Both the position numbers and the translations under genes were made by a program. Shown here in pieces: positions 9,844 through 18,701 of a DNA stretch of 64,000 nucleotides; position 1 is the stretch's first letter, and each line of letters begins with the position of its first letter. Under the pieces are notes generated by a model. That model ran no database searches, was not told the DNA's origin, and saw only the letters and a list, made by a program, of their open reading frames with translations. The DNA lies in NCBI GenBank assembly GCA_017415455.1, contig JAFQGS010000118.1, positions 9,739 through 73,738 on the forward strand, in the 5' to 3' direction. The DNA comes from Prevotella sp. Lineage in GTDB: Bacteria; Bacteroidota; Bacteroidia; Bacteroidales; Bacteroidaceae.

Positions 9844-11223
9844 TTACATATATCCCAGCCATCTCAGTATGTCGTTAAGATTGGCAACGAGCATCAGAAG
9901 GATGAGGATTGAGAAACCAACATACTCTGCCTTGATGAGGAAATTCTCGCTCGGTTTGCGCCCGGTGACAAGCTCATAGACAAGGAACAGGGCATGACCG
10001 CCGTCAAGTGCGGGTATAGGCAGTATGTTCATGAACGCAAGCATTATGCTGAGGAAGGCTGTCATACGCCAGAACATCATCCAGTCCCATACAGGTGGGA
10101 ACAGGCTTCCTATCGCACCGAAGCCTCCAAGACTCTTGGCACCTTCTGAGGTGAACACATACTTGAGGTCGTCAACATATCCGCGCAACACGTCTATGCC
10201 ATATTTCACACCGGCAGGGAAACTCTCAAAGAATCCGTATTCTATTGTAACCGGCTTGTAATACTCGCCCGCCGTTGACTGCAACACACCGAGTTTCAGC
10301 TCAGGAGTGAGCACCAGCGAGAGGGTATCAACCTTTCCTGTGGCCTTTGAAGACACTGCCACCATAACGTTGCGCACCTTCATACTGTCGGCCTTGGTGC
10401 CTTGTGAGGCGTCAAGGACATCGTGAAGAACGGCCACCTGATTGTCAAACTCGTTCCAGGAATCTACCGGATGACCGTTAAGGGCTACTATCTTGTCGCC
10501 TTTCTTTATGCCGGCAAGAGCGGCAGGGCTGCCCTCCTGAACATCAACAACATCTGCGGGGATGTATGGTCTCACAAAGTTCGGCTGCTCCTTGAGCATC
10601 GTAAGCAGGCTGAGGTCTGACGGCATGGCAAGCGTTACCTTCTTACCGGCACGCAAAACGTCAACAGTCTCGGCGTCAACAATACTGCGATAGAGGTCCA
10701 CATCAAAACGGGTGAAGGCGCCTTCGTTGGTTCCAAGCAGGATATCTCCGTCCTTGAAGCCTATCTCTTTGGCTGAATCGTTGAACTTCATACCCATCGT
10801 CATGTCCTTAACCGGCACATAACTGTCGCCCCAGTGGAAAAGAACCATTGAGTAGATGAACAAAGCCAGGAAGAAGTTCACAAGCACACCGCCAAGTATT
10901 ATGAGAAGACGCTGCCACGCAGGCTTGCTCCTATACTCCCATGGTTGTGCCGGCTGCTTCATCTGCTCGGTATCAAACGACTCGTCTATCATACCCGAGA
11001 TTTTGCAATAACCTCCCAAAGGAAGCCAGCCTACGCCATAAGTTGTCTCGCTGTTCTTAGGCTTGAACTGGAAGATATGAAACCAAGGATCAAAGAAAAG
11101 GAAAAACTTCTCCACACGAACACCAAACAGTTTGGAGAAGAAAAAGTGTCCACCCTCATGAAAAAGCACAAGGATTGAGATTGCAAGCATGAACTGCAGC
11201 AGTCTGATAAGAAATACTTCCAT
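9844..11223 (-). CDS. rseP: RIP metalloprotease RseP (site-2 protease)
   Basis: HEGGHFF zinc motif, central PDZ region, C-terminal NILPIPALDGGH motif. Lies downstream of dxr, as is common. Confidence 0.9.
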   Translation of the reverse strand: MEVFLIRLLQFMLAISILVLFHEGGHFFFSKLFGVRVEKFFLFFDPWFHIFQFKPKNSETTYGVGWLPLGGYCKISGMIDESFDTEQMKQPAQPWEYRSKPAWQRLLIILGGVLVNFFLALFIYSMVLFHWGDSYVPVKDMTMGMKFNDSAKEIGFKDGDILLGTNEGAFTRFDVDLYRSIVDAETVDVLRAGKKVTLAMPSDLSLLTMLKEQPNFVRPYIPADVVDVQEGSPAALAGIKKGDKIVALNGHPVDSWNEFDNQVAVLHDVLDASQGTKADSMKVRNVMVAVSSKATGKVDTLSLVLTPELKLGVLQSTAGEYYKPVTIEYGFFESFPAGVKYGIDVLRGYVDDLKYVFTSEGAKSLGGFGAIGSLFPPVWDWMMFWRMTAFLSIMLAFMNILPIPALDGGHALFLVYELVTGRKPSENFLIKAEYVGFSILILLMLVANLNDILRWLGYM

Positions 11224-11390
11224 TTGTAAAAAAATAGTTTTTATGTCCAGCCGGCAGCATCAGTGTCATCCCACCGGCAATAAGGACGTTAATAAAATTC
11301 TGTTGTTTAAAATATAATCAATAGCCCAACGCTACACAGACACACCCGGCATGACGCCGCACACGGGTATGACCTGATGGAAAAAGGGCA

Positions 11391-12551
11391 TCAAAGCATA
11401 TCCATTGCGACACGTCTCGCCTCTGCGTCTGTGGCTACATAGGTGTCGTATGAGGGATTAGCGTCGAAGGAAACCAGATGCATCGTCTTCTCTATGATAT
11501 CACTCATCTCAAGGAATCCACACTTCCCTTCAAGGAATCCCTTGTTAACCACCTCGTTGGCAGCGTTGACAATACATGGCATATTGCCTCCCTTGCGTAT
11601 CGACTCGTATGCAAGGGCAAGGCAACGGAACTTCTCAAAGTCGGGTTTAAAGAACTCAAGGGGTTGCTTGAAGAGGTCAAGGCGCTCGCTTCCGAGACTC
11701 AAACGCTGCGGGAAAGAGAACGCGTACTGGATAGGAAGACGCATATCGGGAACTCCTAACTGAGCTTTCACGGCGCCATCGCAGAACTGTACGGCGCTAT
11801 GTACTATCGACTGAGGATGCACAAGCACTTCTATCTGCTCGGCGTCAAGGCCAAAAAGCCATCGCGCTTCTATCACCTCAAAGCCTTTGTTCATCATTGT
11901 TGCGCTGTCGATAGTGATTTTTGCGCCCATATTCCATGTGGGATGACGAAGCGCATCCTCACAGGTCACTGCCGAGAGCTGCTCCTTTGTGAATGTGCGG
12001 AAGGGTCCGCCAGATGCCGTAAGGAGAATCTTCTCTATCTTGTTGTCGCCCTCGCCCACTATACTTTGGAATATAGCGGAGTGCTCACTGTCCACCGGAA
12101 GTATAGGAGAATGGCATTCTGCAGCAAGGCGGCAGACAAGTTCTCCGGCAACAACGAGCGTCTCCTTGTTGGCAAGGCATATCTTCTTATGCGCACGGAT
12201 GGCATGAAGCGTGGGACTAAGTCCGGCAAATCCCACCATAGCCGTAAGCACAATATCGATAGGGTCGGCCTGAACAATCTCATCAATGGCCTTCATTCCG
12301 GCATATACTTTTATATCAGGCATGTCAGCAAGCATGCTCTTAAGCGTGTCATACAGCGACTCATTGGCAATCACTACGGCTGCGGGCTTGAAGCGACGGG
12401 CCTGCTCTGCCAGTTCTGTTACACGGTTGTTGGCTGTAAGACAATATACCTCATACAAGTCGGGATATGCCTCCACTACTTGCAAAGCCTGTGTTCCTAT
12501 GGAGCCCGTAGAGCCCAATATGGCTATCTGCTGTCTCTTTTTCATAATCAT
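11391..12551 (-). CDS. dxr: 1-deoxy-D-xylulose 5-phosphate reductoisomerase
   Basis: ILGSTGSIGTQAL NADPH-binding N-terminus; 386 aa. Its ATG overlaps the rimM stop (ATGA at 12549-12553). Confidence 0.95.
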   Translation of the reverse strand: MIMKKRQQIAILGSTGSIGTQALQVVEAYPDLYEVYCLTANNRVTELAEQARRFKPAAVVIANESLYDTLKSMLADMPDIKVYAGMKAIDEIVQADPIDIVLTAMVGFAGLSPTLHAIRAHKKICLANKETLVVAGELVCRLAAECHSPILPVDSEHSAIFQSIVGEGDNKIEKILLTASGGPFRTFTKEQLSAVTCEDALRHPTWNMGAKITIDSATMMNKGFEVIEARWLFGLDAEQIEVLVHPQSIVHSAVQFCDGAVKAQLGVPDMRLPIQYAFSFPQRLSLGSERLDLFKQPLEFFKPDFEKFRCLALAYESIRKGGNMPCIVNAANEVVNKGFLEGKCGFLEMSDIIEKTMHLVSFDANPSYDTYVATDAEARRVAMDML

Positions 12552-13081
12552 CAGTTGTCCAAATCAAGCAGACCTTCCGGCAATTCCACCGTTATCTGCT
12601 TTGCATTGGCATCCACCCCGGTGATGAATTCCGGTGCGGCTGGAATCAATATGATGTCGCCATCATCGGTTCTCACCTCAAAAAGAATGTTCACCGTTGA
12701 CTCATCCACCGACACAATGGTGCCAATTACCTTATTATATATATCTACATCAACAATACTGAATCCGATAATCTCTGCCCAACTGAGGTCGCCGTCAGTA
12801 CTGTCCGACATCGCTCTGGGGAAGAACACCTCGCTGCCTGTAAGCTGTGAGGCTCTCTCCTTTGTGTCAATGTCGCTGAATTTAACCAAAGCTGTCTCTC
12901 CGCTCTTAAACCTGTACTCATCCATAAAGAACGGAACCAGAATGCCATCAATCTGCAATATGAGGTATTCTGCATCCACACGGTCGAACACATCATCATC
13001 AAACATGAATGATAACTCGCCATTTACACCATGCGGTTTACCTATCTTGCCAATCTTATAGACTTCTTCCTGTCTTATCAT
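12551..13081 (-). CDS. rimM: ribosome maturation factor RimM
   Basis: GKIGKPHGVNGEL motif and a PRC-barrel C-terminus; 176 aa. Confidence 0.88.
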   Translation of the reverse strand: MIRQEEVYKIGKIGKPHGVNGELSFMFDDDVFDRVDAEYLILQIDGILVPFFMDEYRFKSGETALVKFSDIDTKERASQLTGSEVFFPRAMSDSTDGDLSWAEIIGFSIVDVDIYNKVIGTIVSVDESTVNILFEVRTDDGDIILIPAAPEFITGVDANAKQITVELPEGLLDLDN

Positions 13082-13204
13082 CAGTATGCTTTTGATATTT
13101 GTTTTTATTATTTCCCGGCATCGGTTACAAGTTAAACGTCATGCAACAGATACCAATACATCATGCAATCTATACTTAAACACATCGCAATTGATGCTCT
13201 TTCG

Positions 13205-13270
13205 TCATGCGTTTCATGCTCAACCATCATGCGTTTCATGCTCAACCGTCATGCGGCTGATGCCAACACA
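13205..13270. repeat. 22-bp tandem repeat, 3 units (TCATGCGTTTCATGCTCAACCR)
   Basis: TCATGCG at 13205, 13227 and 13249. The first two units differ at a single base. Lies between murA and rimM. Confidence 0.85.
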
Positions 13271-13306
13271 CAACGCTGCTCATTCCGCAACGCACCGCAG
13301 GAGATG

Positions 13307-14617
13307 CTACCCCTCCACTCGCTTGATTTTTGCTCCCAACGAGTTCAGGCGCTCCTCGATATCCTCATAACCCCTGTCTATCTGGGCTATGTTGTCTATT
13401 CTGCTCGTACCATTTGCACTGAGAGCCGCTATAAGGAGTGCTATCCCGGCACGTATGTCCGGACTTGACATCCTGCCAGCACGCAATCTGATTTTGTGGT
13501 CATGGCCGATGACAACCGCTCTGTGCGGATCACAGAGTATGATCTGTGCTCCCATGTCTATCAGTTTGTCAACAAAGAACAAGCGACTTTCGAACATCTT
13601 CTGGTGAATAAGCACACTTCCGCACGCCTGTGTTGCAACAACAAGCAATACTGAGAGCAAGTCTGGAGTAAGTCCTGGCCATGGAGCATCCGCCAATGTC
13701 ATGATAGACCCGTCTATAAAAGAGTCCACCTGATAATGGGCTTGTGCCGGAATGACAATGTCATCTTCATCAACCACAATGGAAACACCGAGTCTTCTGA
13801 ATGTATCTGGTATTATTCCAAGATTATCCAATGACACATTCTTTATCCTTATGCCATCTCCCACCATGGCTGCCATACCTATGAACGAGCCAACCTCTAT
13901 CATATCGGGCAACACTCGGTGGTCGGTACCATGCAGTTCCTTCACTCCTTTTATCGTAAGCAGGTTTGATGCGATGCCGCTTATGCATGCTCCCATACTG
14001 TTAAGCATCCTGCATAACTGCTGGATATATGGCTCACACGCCGCGTTGTAGATAGTTGTCGTTCCCTCGGCGAGCACTGCAGCCATTATGATGTTTGCCG
14101 TTCCTGTCACCGAAGCCTCATCAAGCAGCATGTCACAACCCTTCAACTCGGGACCGTTAATCTCAAAGGTGTTCCTGTCATCATTATGACGGAAGGTTGC
14201 TCCGAGCCTTTTGAACCCGAGGAAATGCGTGTCAAGCCTTCTGCGTCCTATCTTATCTCCGCCTGGTTTGGCAACAACCGCCTTGCCATATCTGGCCAAC
14301 AGCGGTCCGATCATCATCACACTGCCTCTGAGTGATGAGCATTTCTTCACGAAATCAGTACTTTCGAGATACTCCAAGTTAAGTTCTCTTGCACAGAAAA
14401 CATAAGTGTTGCGGTCTGTTTGTTCTACTTCCACACCTATATCCCTAAGCAATTGTATCAGATTATTAATGTCAAGGATGTCTGGAATATTGCTTATCCT
14501 CACCTTTTCTGCCGTGAGTAACGTAGCACATATCACTTCAAGAGCCTCGTTCTTGGCTCCTTGCGGTGTGATGGTTCCGCTTAGTCTGTGCCCTCCTTCA
14601 ATAATAAATGATTCCAT
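13307..14617 (-). CDS. murA: UDP-N-acetylglucosamine 1-carboxyvinyltransferase
   Basis: GAKNEAL motif and MurA-length two-domain protein. Start set at MESFIIEGGHRLSG (14617), because the longer ORF would overlap the upstream gene. The active-site loop reads KPGGDKIGRR. Confidence 0.94.
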   Translation of the reverse strand: MESFIIEGGHRLSGTITPQGAKNEALEVICATLLTAEKVRISNIPDILDINNLIQLLRDIGVEVEQTDRNTYVFCARELNLEYLESTDFVKKCSSLRGSVMMIGPLLARYGKAVVAKPGGDKIGRRRLDTHFLGFKRLGATFRHNDDRNTFEINGPELKGCDMLLDEASVTGTANIIMAAVLAEGTTTIYNAACEPYIQQLCRMLNSMGACISGIASNLLTIKGVKELHGTDHRVLPDMIEVGSFIGMAAMVGDGIRIKNVSLDNLGIIPDTFRRLGVSIVVDEDDIVIPAQAHYQVDSFIDGSIMTLADAPWPGLTPDLLSVLLVVATQACGSVLIHQKMFESRLFFVDKLIDMGAQIILCDPHRAVVIGHDHKIRLRAGRMSSPDIRAGIALLIAALSANGTSRIDNIAQIDRGYEDIEERLNSLGAKIKRVEG

Positions 14618-14636
14618 TCTCTTGTTATTTATGTGT

Positions 14637-15233
14637 TTATCTTCTCTTGCGTCGCTTGTCATTCGCTGTCTTTCCCGTTCCGTTGTCAAACTTAAACGTT
14701 GTCGGGTCCAGCTGTATCACACCGTCAGTAAACCTTGACAGGTCTGAGATAACTCTCTCTTCGCTTGCCGATCCGTGCCCCCATTGTGCCAGATTGCGCT
14801 TCATCTGGTTTGCGGTCAGGCGTGCCAGCTCGTCACGCTCTTTCCCCTCCGGCAACGCCTTCAGCCTCTCCAGCATCATGAACACCATGCGTCCATAATG
14901 CCTTACGGGATTCTCCGACTGCGGATATGGCACCACCTCGGGTCTCTCTGACAGCTGACGAGCCTCTGTTACATCATAAGGATAGTCTATATCGAGCCTG
15001 AACTCGCTCATAATAGCCAGATGATCCCATAGCTTTTGCATATAGTCGGCATTCTCTCTGTTATGAGGGAACATACGTGCCATGATGTTTATGATGCTCT
15101 CCGCACATGCCTGACGCTCTTGTCTGTCCTCTATTCCTACGGCATGGTCAATCATTTTCTGCACCTCTCGCCCATATTCCTGCAATATGAGTTGCTTTCT
15201 CTGGGTGTTATAGTCCAATCCTTCTATGTTCAT
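14637..15233 (-). CDS. DUF4290 domain-containing protein
   Basis: 198-aa ORF immediately upstream of murA, a conserved Bacteroidetes pairing as I recall it. Basic C-terminal tail. Confidence 0.7.
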   Translation of the reverse strand: MNIEGLDYNTQRKQLILQEYGREVQKMIDHAVGIEDRQERQACAESIINIMARMFPHNRENADYMQKLWDHLAIMSEFRLDIDYPYDVTEARQLSERPEVVPYPQSENPVRHYGRMVFMMLERLKALPEGKERDELARLTANQMKRNLAQWGHGSASEERVISDLSRFTDGVIQLDPTTFKFDNGTGKTANDKRRKRR

Positions 15234-15311
15234 ATCTTGTTTTTCTGCTTTTTCCTATTGCTTTGTTATTTCCCTGTTTGCTTGTCGTCCGACCTCGCTT
15301 TATCGTTTTTC

Positions 15312-16001
15312 TCAGATGAGTTTCTTTGGTTTTGTAGCCACAAAGTTCTTCAGATAGAACGGCACATAGTATGCCACGTCCTCTGTTTGCTCCTGATTCA
15401 TTCTTTTCTCAGCCAGCGGCATCATGTTGGCAGCAAGCGGATTGACATCCGGTATAAGCCTTGCGTTAGGGTGATTAATCACATCCATGCACTTCGCCGC
15501 ACCGTTTCCGAAGAAATATACAGGCTGCTTGTCAAGATATTCTTTGTATGTCTCCGCGTCAACAACATCCGCTCCGACGGCTCTCACCTCATTAAGTGCG
15601 CGGTCATAGATGGCTGAATACACCTCCATACGCCTTGCGTCAATCATAGGACATAGCAAAGCGTCGTCTTCAAGGTCATGTTCCAGAAGCACAGGTACGG
15701 CCAGCAACTGCAGCGTTGGCACCGAGACAAGCTTCAGGTCACGCCCAAAGCAGATGCCCTTTGCCATAGACACGCCTATGCGCAGCCCTGTATAAGAGCC
15801 TGGTCCGCCGCTTACTGCCACCGCATTGAGCTTTATCAGACTGCTGTCGACGAACGACAGCGCCTCATCCACATATCTTCCGAGTATCACGGCATGGTTA
15901 GGACCCTCGTGATCTTCCCTGTTAAAGAGGCACACTCCATCCTTACATACTGCCACCGAGCACACATTTGTGCTTGTTTCTATATTCAATATACAAGACA
16001 T
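15312..16001 (-). CDS. tsaB: tRNA threonylcarbamoyladenosine biosynthesis protein TsaB
   Basis: N-terminus ILNIETSTNVCSVAV and VSGGPGSYTGLRIG motif. Start set at MSCILNIE (16001); the ORF track extends to 16130. Confidence 0.85.
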   Translation of the reverse strand: MSCILNIETSTNVCSVAVCKDGVCLFNREDHEGPNHAVILGRYVDEALSFVDSSLIKLNAVAVSGGPGSYTGLRIGVSMAKGICFGRDLKLVSVPTLQLLAVPVLLEHDLEDDALLCPMIDARRMEVYSAIYDRALNEVRAVGADVVDAETYKEYLDKQPVYFFGNGAAKCMDVINHPNARLIPDVNPLAANMMPLAEKRMNQEQTEDVAYYVPFYLKNFVATKPKKLI

Positions 16002-16030
16002 CTGTATCAGATATATTATTAAATAAAGTG

Positions 16031-16038
16031 CAAAAATA
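16031..16038 (-). promoter_or_regulatory. -7 promoter box (TATTTTTG), tsaB
   Basis: TAnnTTTG, 30 nt upstream of the chosen tsaB start at 16001. Confidence 0.45.
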
Positions 16039-16060
16039 CGCTTTTTTCCTAAGAATTGTG

Positions 16061-16068
16061 TACTTTTG
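16061..16068 (+). promoter_or_regulatory. -7 promoter box (TACTTTTG), yicC
   Basis: TAnnTTTG-CA, 23 nt upstream of the yicC ATG. Confidence 0.5.
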
Positions 16069-16090
16069 CATAAATTTAACTTCATAAACG

Positions 16091-16966
16091 ATGATACATT
16101 CAATGACAGGTTACGGCAAGTCTGTCGCAACTTACAAAGAAAAGAAAATCAATGTAGAGATAAAATCGCTCAACAGCAAGGCCTTAGACATATCAACAAG
16201 GGTTGCTCCTCTTTACAGAGAGAAAGACATTGAGATACGTCATATGCTCTCCCAGACGCTCGTCAGAGGCAAGATTGATTTCTGCATATGGATAGAGAAG
16301 GAGTCGGCAGCCGACGTTACTCCAATAAACGGAGAACTTATAGACAGATACTACAAACAGATCAAAGAGATAACACAGAACAGCGGCATACCAGAACCTC
16401 AAGACTGGATCACCACCTTGCTGCGAATGCCCGACGTGATGACGAAGACCGAGGTTGAGGTTCTTGATGAAGAGGAATGGAATGTTGCAAAAGACGCCAT
16501 CACTGAGGCCATAACAAAGCTCACGGAGTTCCGCAAACAGGAGGGCGCCGCGCTGCAAGTCAAGTTCTGCGAGAAGCTTGATAACATTGCCGCTTTGCTG
16601 CAAAGCATTGAGCCTTATGAGAAACAACGCGTTGAGAAGATACGCACCCGACTGACCGAGTCGCTTAAGAACATACACGAGATAGAGTACGACAAGAACC
16701 GTCTTGAGCAGGAACTGATTTACTACATAGAGAAACTTGACATCAGCGAGGAGAAGCAAAGGCTTACGAATCACCTGCAATACTTCCGCGACACCATGCA
16801 GGAAGGCAACGAGGTAGGCAAGAAACTGGGTTTCATAGCACAGGAAATGGGCCGCGAGATTAACACAACGGGCAGCAAGAGCAACCTGGCAGAGATGCAG
16901 AATATCGTTGTTCAGATGAAGGATGAGCTGGAACAGATAAAGGAGCAGGTGCTCAACGCACTTTAA
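16091..16966 (+). CDS. yicC: YicC family protein
   Basis: MTGYGKS N-terminus and C-terminal GREINTTGSK-type motif; 291 aa. Confidence 0.9.
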   Translation: MIHSMTGYGKSVATYKEKKINVEIKSLNSKALDISTRVAPLYREKDIEIRHMLSQTLVRGKIDFCIWIEKESAADVTPINGELIDRYYKQIKEITQNSGIPEPQDWITTLLRMPDVMTKTEVEVLDEEEWNVAKDAITEAITKLTEFRKQEGAALQVKFCEKLDNIAALLQSIEPYEKQRVEKIRTRLTESLKNIHEIEYDKNRLEQELIYYIEKLDISEEKQRLTNHLQYFRDTMQEGNEVGKKLGFIAQEMGREINTTGSKSNLAEMQNIVVQMKDELEQIKEQVLNAL

Positions 16967-17037
16967 TAACATAACGACAAGGGTCGGCAGAGGCTTGTGT
17001 GCCATGCTGGTCCTTGTCTCTTTTTTTTGCAATACGT

Positions 17038-17616
17038 ATGAGAAAAGGAAAGATGATAATATTTTCCGCACCGAGCGGAAGCGGCAAAAGTACAATAATA
17101 AGCAGTCTTATGCAGCACGAGGAGTTGCGACTGGCATTCTCCATAAGCTGCACCAGCCGGCAGCCGAGGGGCAGCGAGCGCCACGGAGTGGAGTATTTCT
17201 TCCTCACTCCGGAAGAGTTCAGACAGCGCATTGCCAACAACGAGTTCCTGGAATATGAGGAGGTGTATGCCGACAGGTTCTACGGCACACTGAAAGAGCA
17301 GGTTGAATGCCAGACGGGAAATGGCGAGAACGTGGTGTTCGACGTTGACGTGAAGGGCGGATGCAACATAAAGGAGTTCTACGGAGAGCGTGCCCTGAGC
17401 GTGTTTATCCAGCCACCGTCTATCGAGGAGTTGCGGAAGAGACTGGAAGGAAGGGGCACCGACGCTCCGGAAGTTATTGAAGACCGACTGGCAAGGGCGT
17501 CATTCGAGCTCACCTTTGCCGACAAATTCGACCGTATAATTGTCAACGACGACCTTGAGAAGGCAAAGGCCGAGGCCTTGCAGATAGTAAGAGAGTTTAT
17601 AGAGAAGAACGATTAG
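17038..17616 (+). CDS. gmk: guanylate kinase
   Basis: P-loop SAPSGSGKST and EYEEVYADRFYGT segment. Start set at MRKGKMIIFS; the ORF track starts at 16999. Confidence 0.92.
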   Translation: MRKGKMIIFSAPSGSGKSTIISSLMQHEELRLAFSISCTSRQPRGSERHGVEYFFLTPEEFRQRIANNEFLEYEEVYADRFYGTLKEQVECQTGNGENVVFDVDVKGGCNIKEFYGERALSVFIQPPSIEELRKRLEGRGTDAPEVIEDRLARASFELTFADKFDRIIVNDDLEKAKAEALQIVREFIEKND

Positions 17617-17629
17617 ACCATCAGTCATC

Positions 17630-18289
17630 ATGAGAGCAGCATCGCCTGAGGCACCCGTCATGCCGCATTCTGACAGCACTCCCGAAGAAAGGAAGCTGCT
17701 TACGGGCATCTACGGAGGCTCCTTCAACCCCATACACATAGGTCATGTGGAGCTGGCACGGCAACTGCTGGGCGCCGCCTCACTTGATGAGATATGGTTT
17801 GTGGTGTCTCCCCACAACCCGTTGAAGCAACAGTCGGGCCTGCTTGACGACAAGCTGCGGTTTGACATGACATCAGCTGCCCTGAAAGACATCCCTTCGT
17901 TCTTTGCGTCCGACTATGAGTTCGGCCTCAGCAAGCCATCATTCATGTGGAACACGCTGCAAAGCATGAGCCGCAGCTACCCCGACCGCGAGTTCGTATT
18001 GCTCATAGGAGCAGACAACTGGGCATGCTTTGACAAATGGCACAGGCATGAGGACATCCTCAGCAACTACCGCATAGTGATTTATCCGCGCTCGGGCTCA
18101 CCCATAGACAGCGCCGCCCTGCCCGCAGGCGTCACTCTTGCAGACACCGCTCTGATAGACATCAGCAGCACGGAGATTCGCCAACGCATTGCGGAAGGCA
18201 AGGAGTTCAGTCACATGGTACCGCCGGAGGTGGCGGAGATGATTATCCGCGACGGTCTTTACGGATACAGGAAGACAGACGCCCGATGA
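17630..18289 (+). CDS. nadD: nicotinate-nucleotide adenylyltransferase
   Basis: GGSFNPIHIGH motif and ISSTEIR motif. The true start may be the internal Met at 17660. Confidence 0.9.
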   Translation: MRAASPEAPVMPHSDSTPEERKLLTGIYGGSFNPIHIGHVELARQLLGAASLDEIWFVVSPHNPLKQQSGLLDDKLRFDMTSAALKDIPSFFASDYEFGLSKPSFMWNTLQSMSRSYPDREFVLLIGADNWACFDKWHRHEDILSNYRIVIYPRSGSPIDSAALPAGVTLADTALIDISSTEIRQRIAEGKEFSHMVPPEVAEMIIRDGLYGYRKTDAR

Positions 18290-18373
18290 CCCTGTTCTGA
18301 CTGCCACGGCACCGTATGTCCATCAGTCTGAGACCATACAGAAGACAACACATCACGGAAGGTTCGCCGAAAA

Positions 18374-18449
18374 GGCATCTTTCGGATTACAACAAGGCAT
18401 CAAATACAGCCCGGAAAGGCATCAAACACAACACGTTTGATGCCTTTCC
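18374..18449. repeat. 22-bp tandem repeat, 3 units (GGCATC... type); last unit forms a hairpin
   Basis: GGCATC at 18374, 18396 and 18418. An inverted partial copy, GTTTGATGCCTTTCC, lies at 18435-18449. Confidence 0.75.
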
Positions 18450-18456
18450 GCTTTTT
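18413..18456 (+). terminator. intrinsic terminator after nadD
   Basis: 15-bp perfect stem GGAAAGGCATCAAAC / GTTTGATGCCTTTCC, then GCTTTTT. Confidence 0.65.
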
Positions 18457-18652
18457 ACATCATAATTACCTGTGGCACAGACAGATAGCAGTCGTATTCA
18501 AGAGAATACCCAGTACGAAGCAGGAAGCAGGTCGGCACAAGTGCCTGTCCGCACCACTTGCATAGTAAAACAGCAGCAACGGGAATATAATCAGATTGTA
18601 AGCAAAAAGCACAAATAAGTCACATAAAGACAATTATTTGAAAAATTAGCAG

Positions 18653-18660
18653 TATCTTTG
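18653..18660 (+). promoter_or_regulatory. -7 promoter box (TATCTTTG), glutamine synthetase III
   Basis: TAnnTTTG-CA, 42 nt upstream of the ATG at 18702. Confidence 0.55.
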
Positions 18661-18701
18661 CAACCAAATACGGTAAAAAGAACAAAATCATAATTCACAT
18701 A

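Noticed and set aside
11799-13061. 420-aa ORF on the plus strand.
   Set aside because: It is entirely antisense to dxr and rimM, which have clear motifs. Its translation is low-complexity (Leu/Ser/Cys/His-rich) with no recognisable domain. It is a typical shadow ORF.
16193-17095. 300-aa ORF on the minus strand.
   Set aside because: It is antisense to yicC, which has clear family signatures. It has no motifs and a Leu-rich shadow-frame composition.
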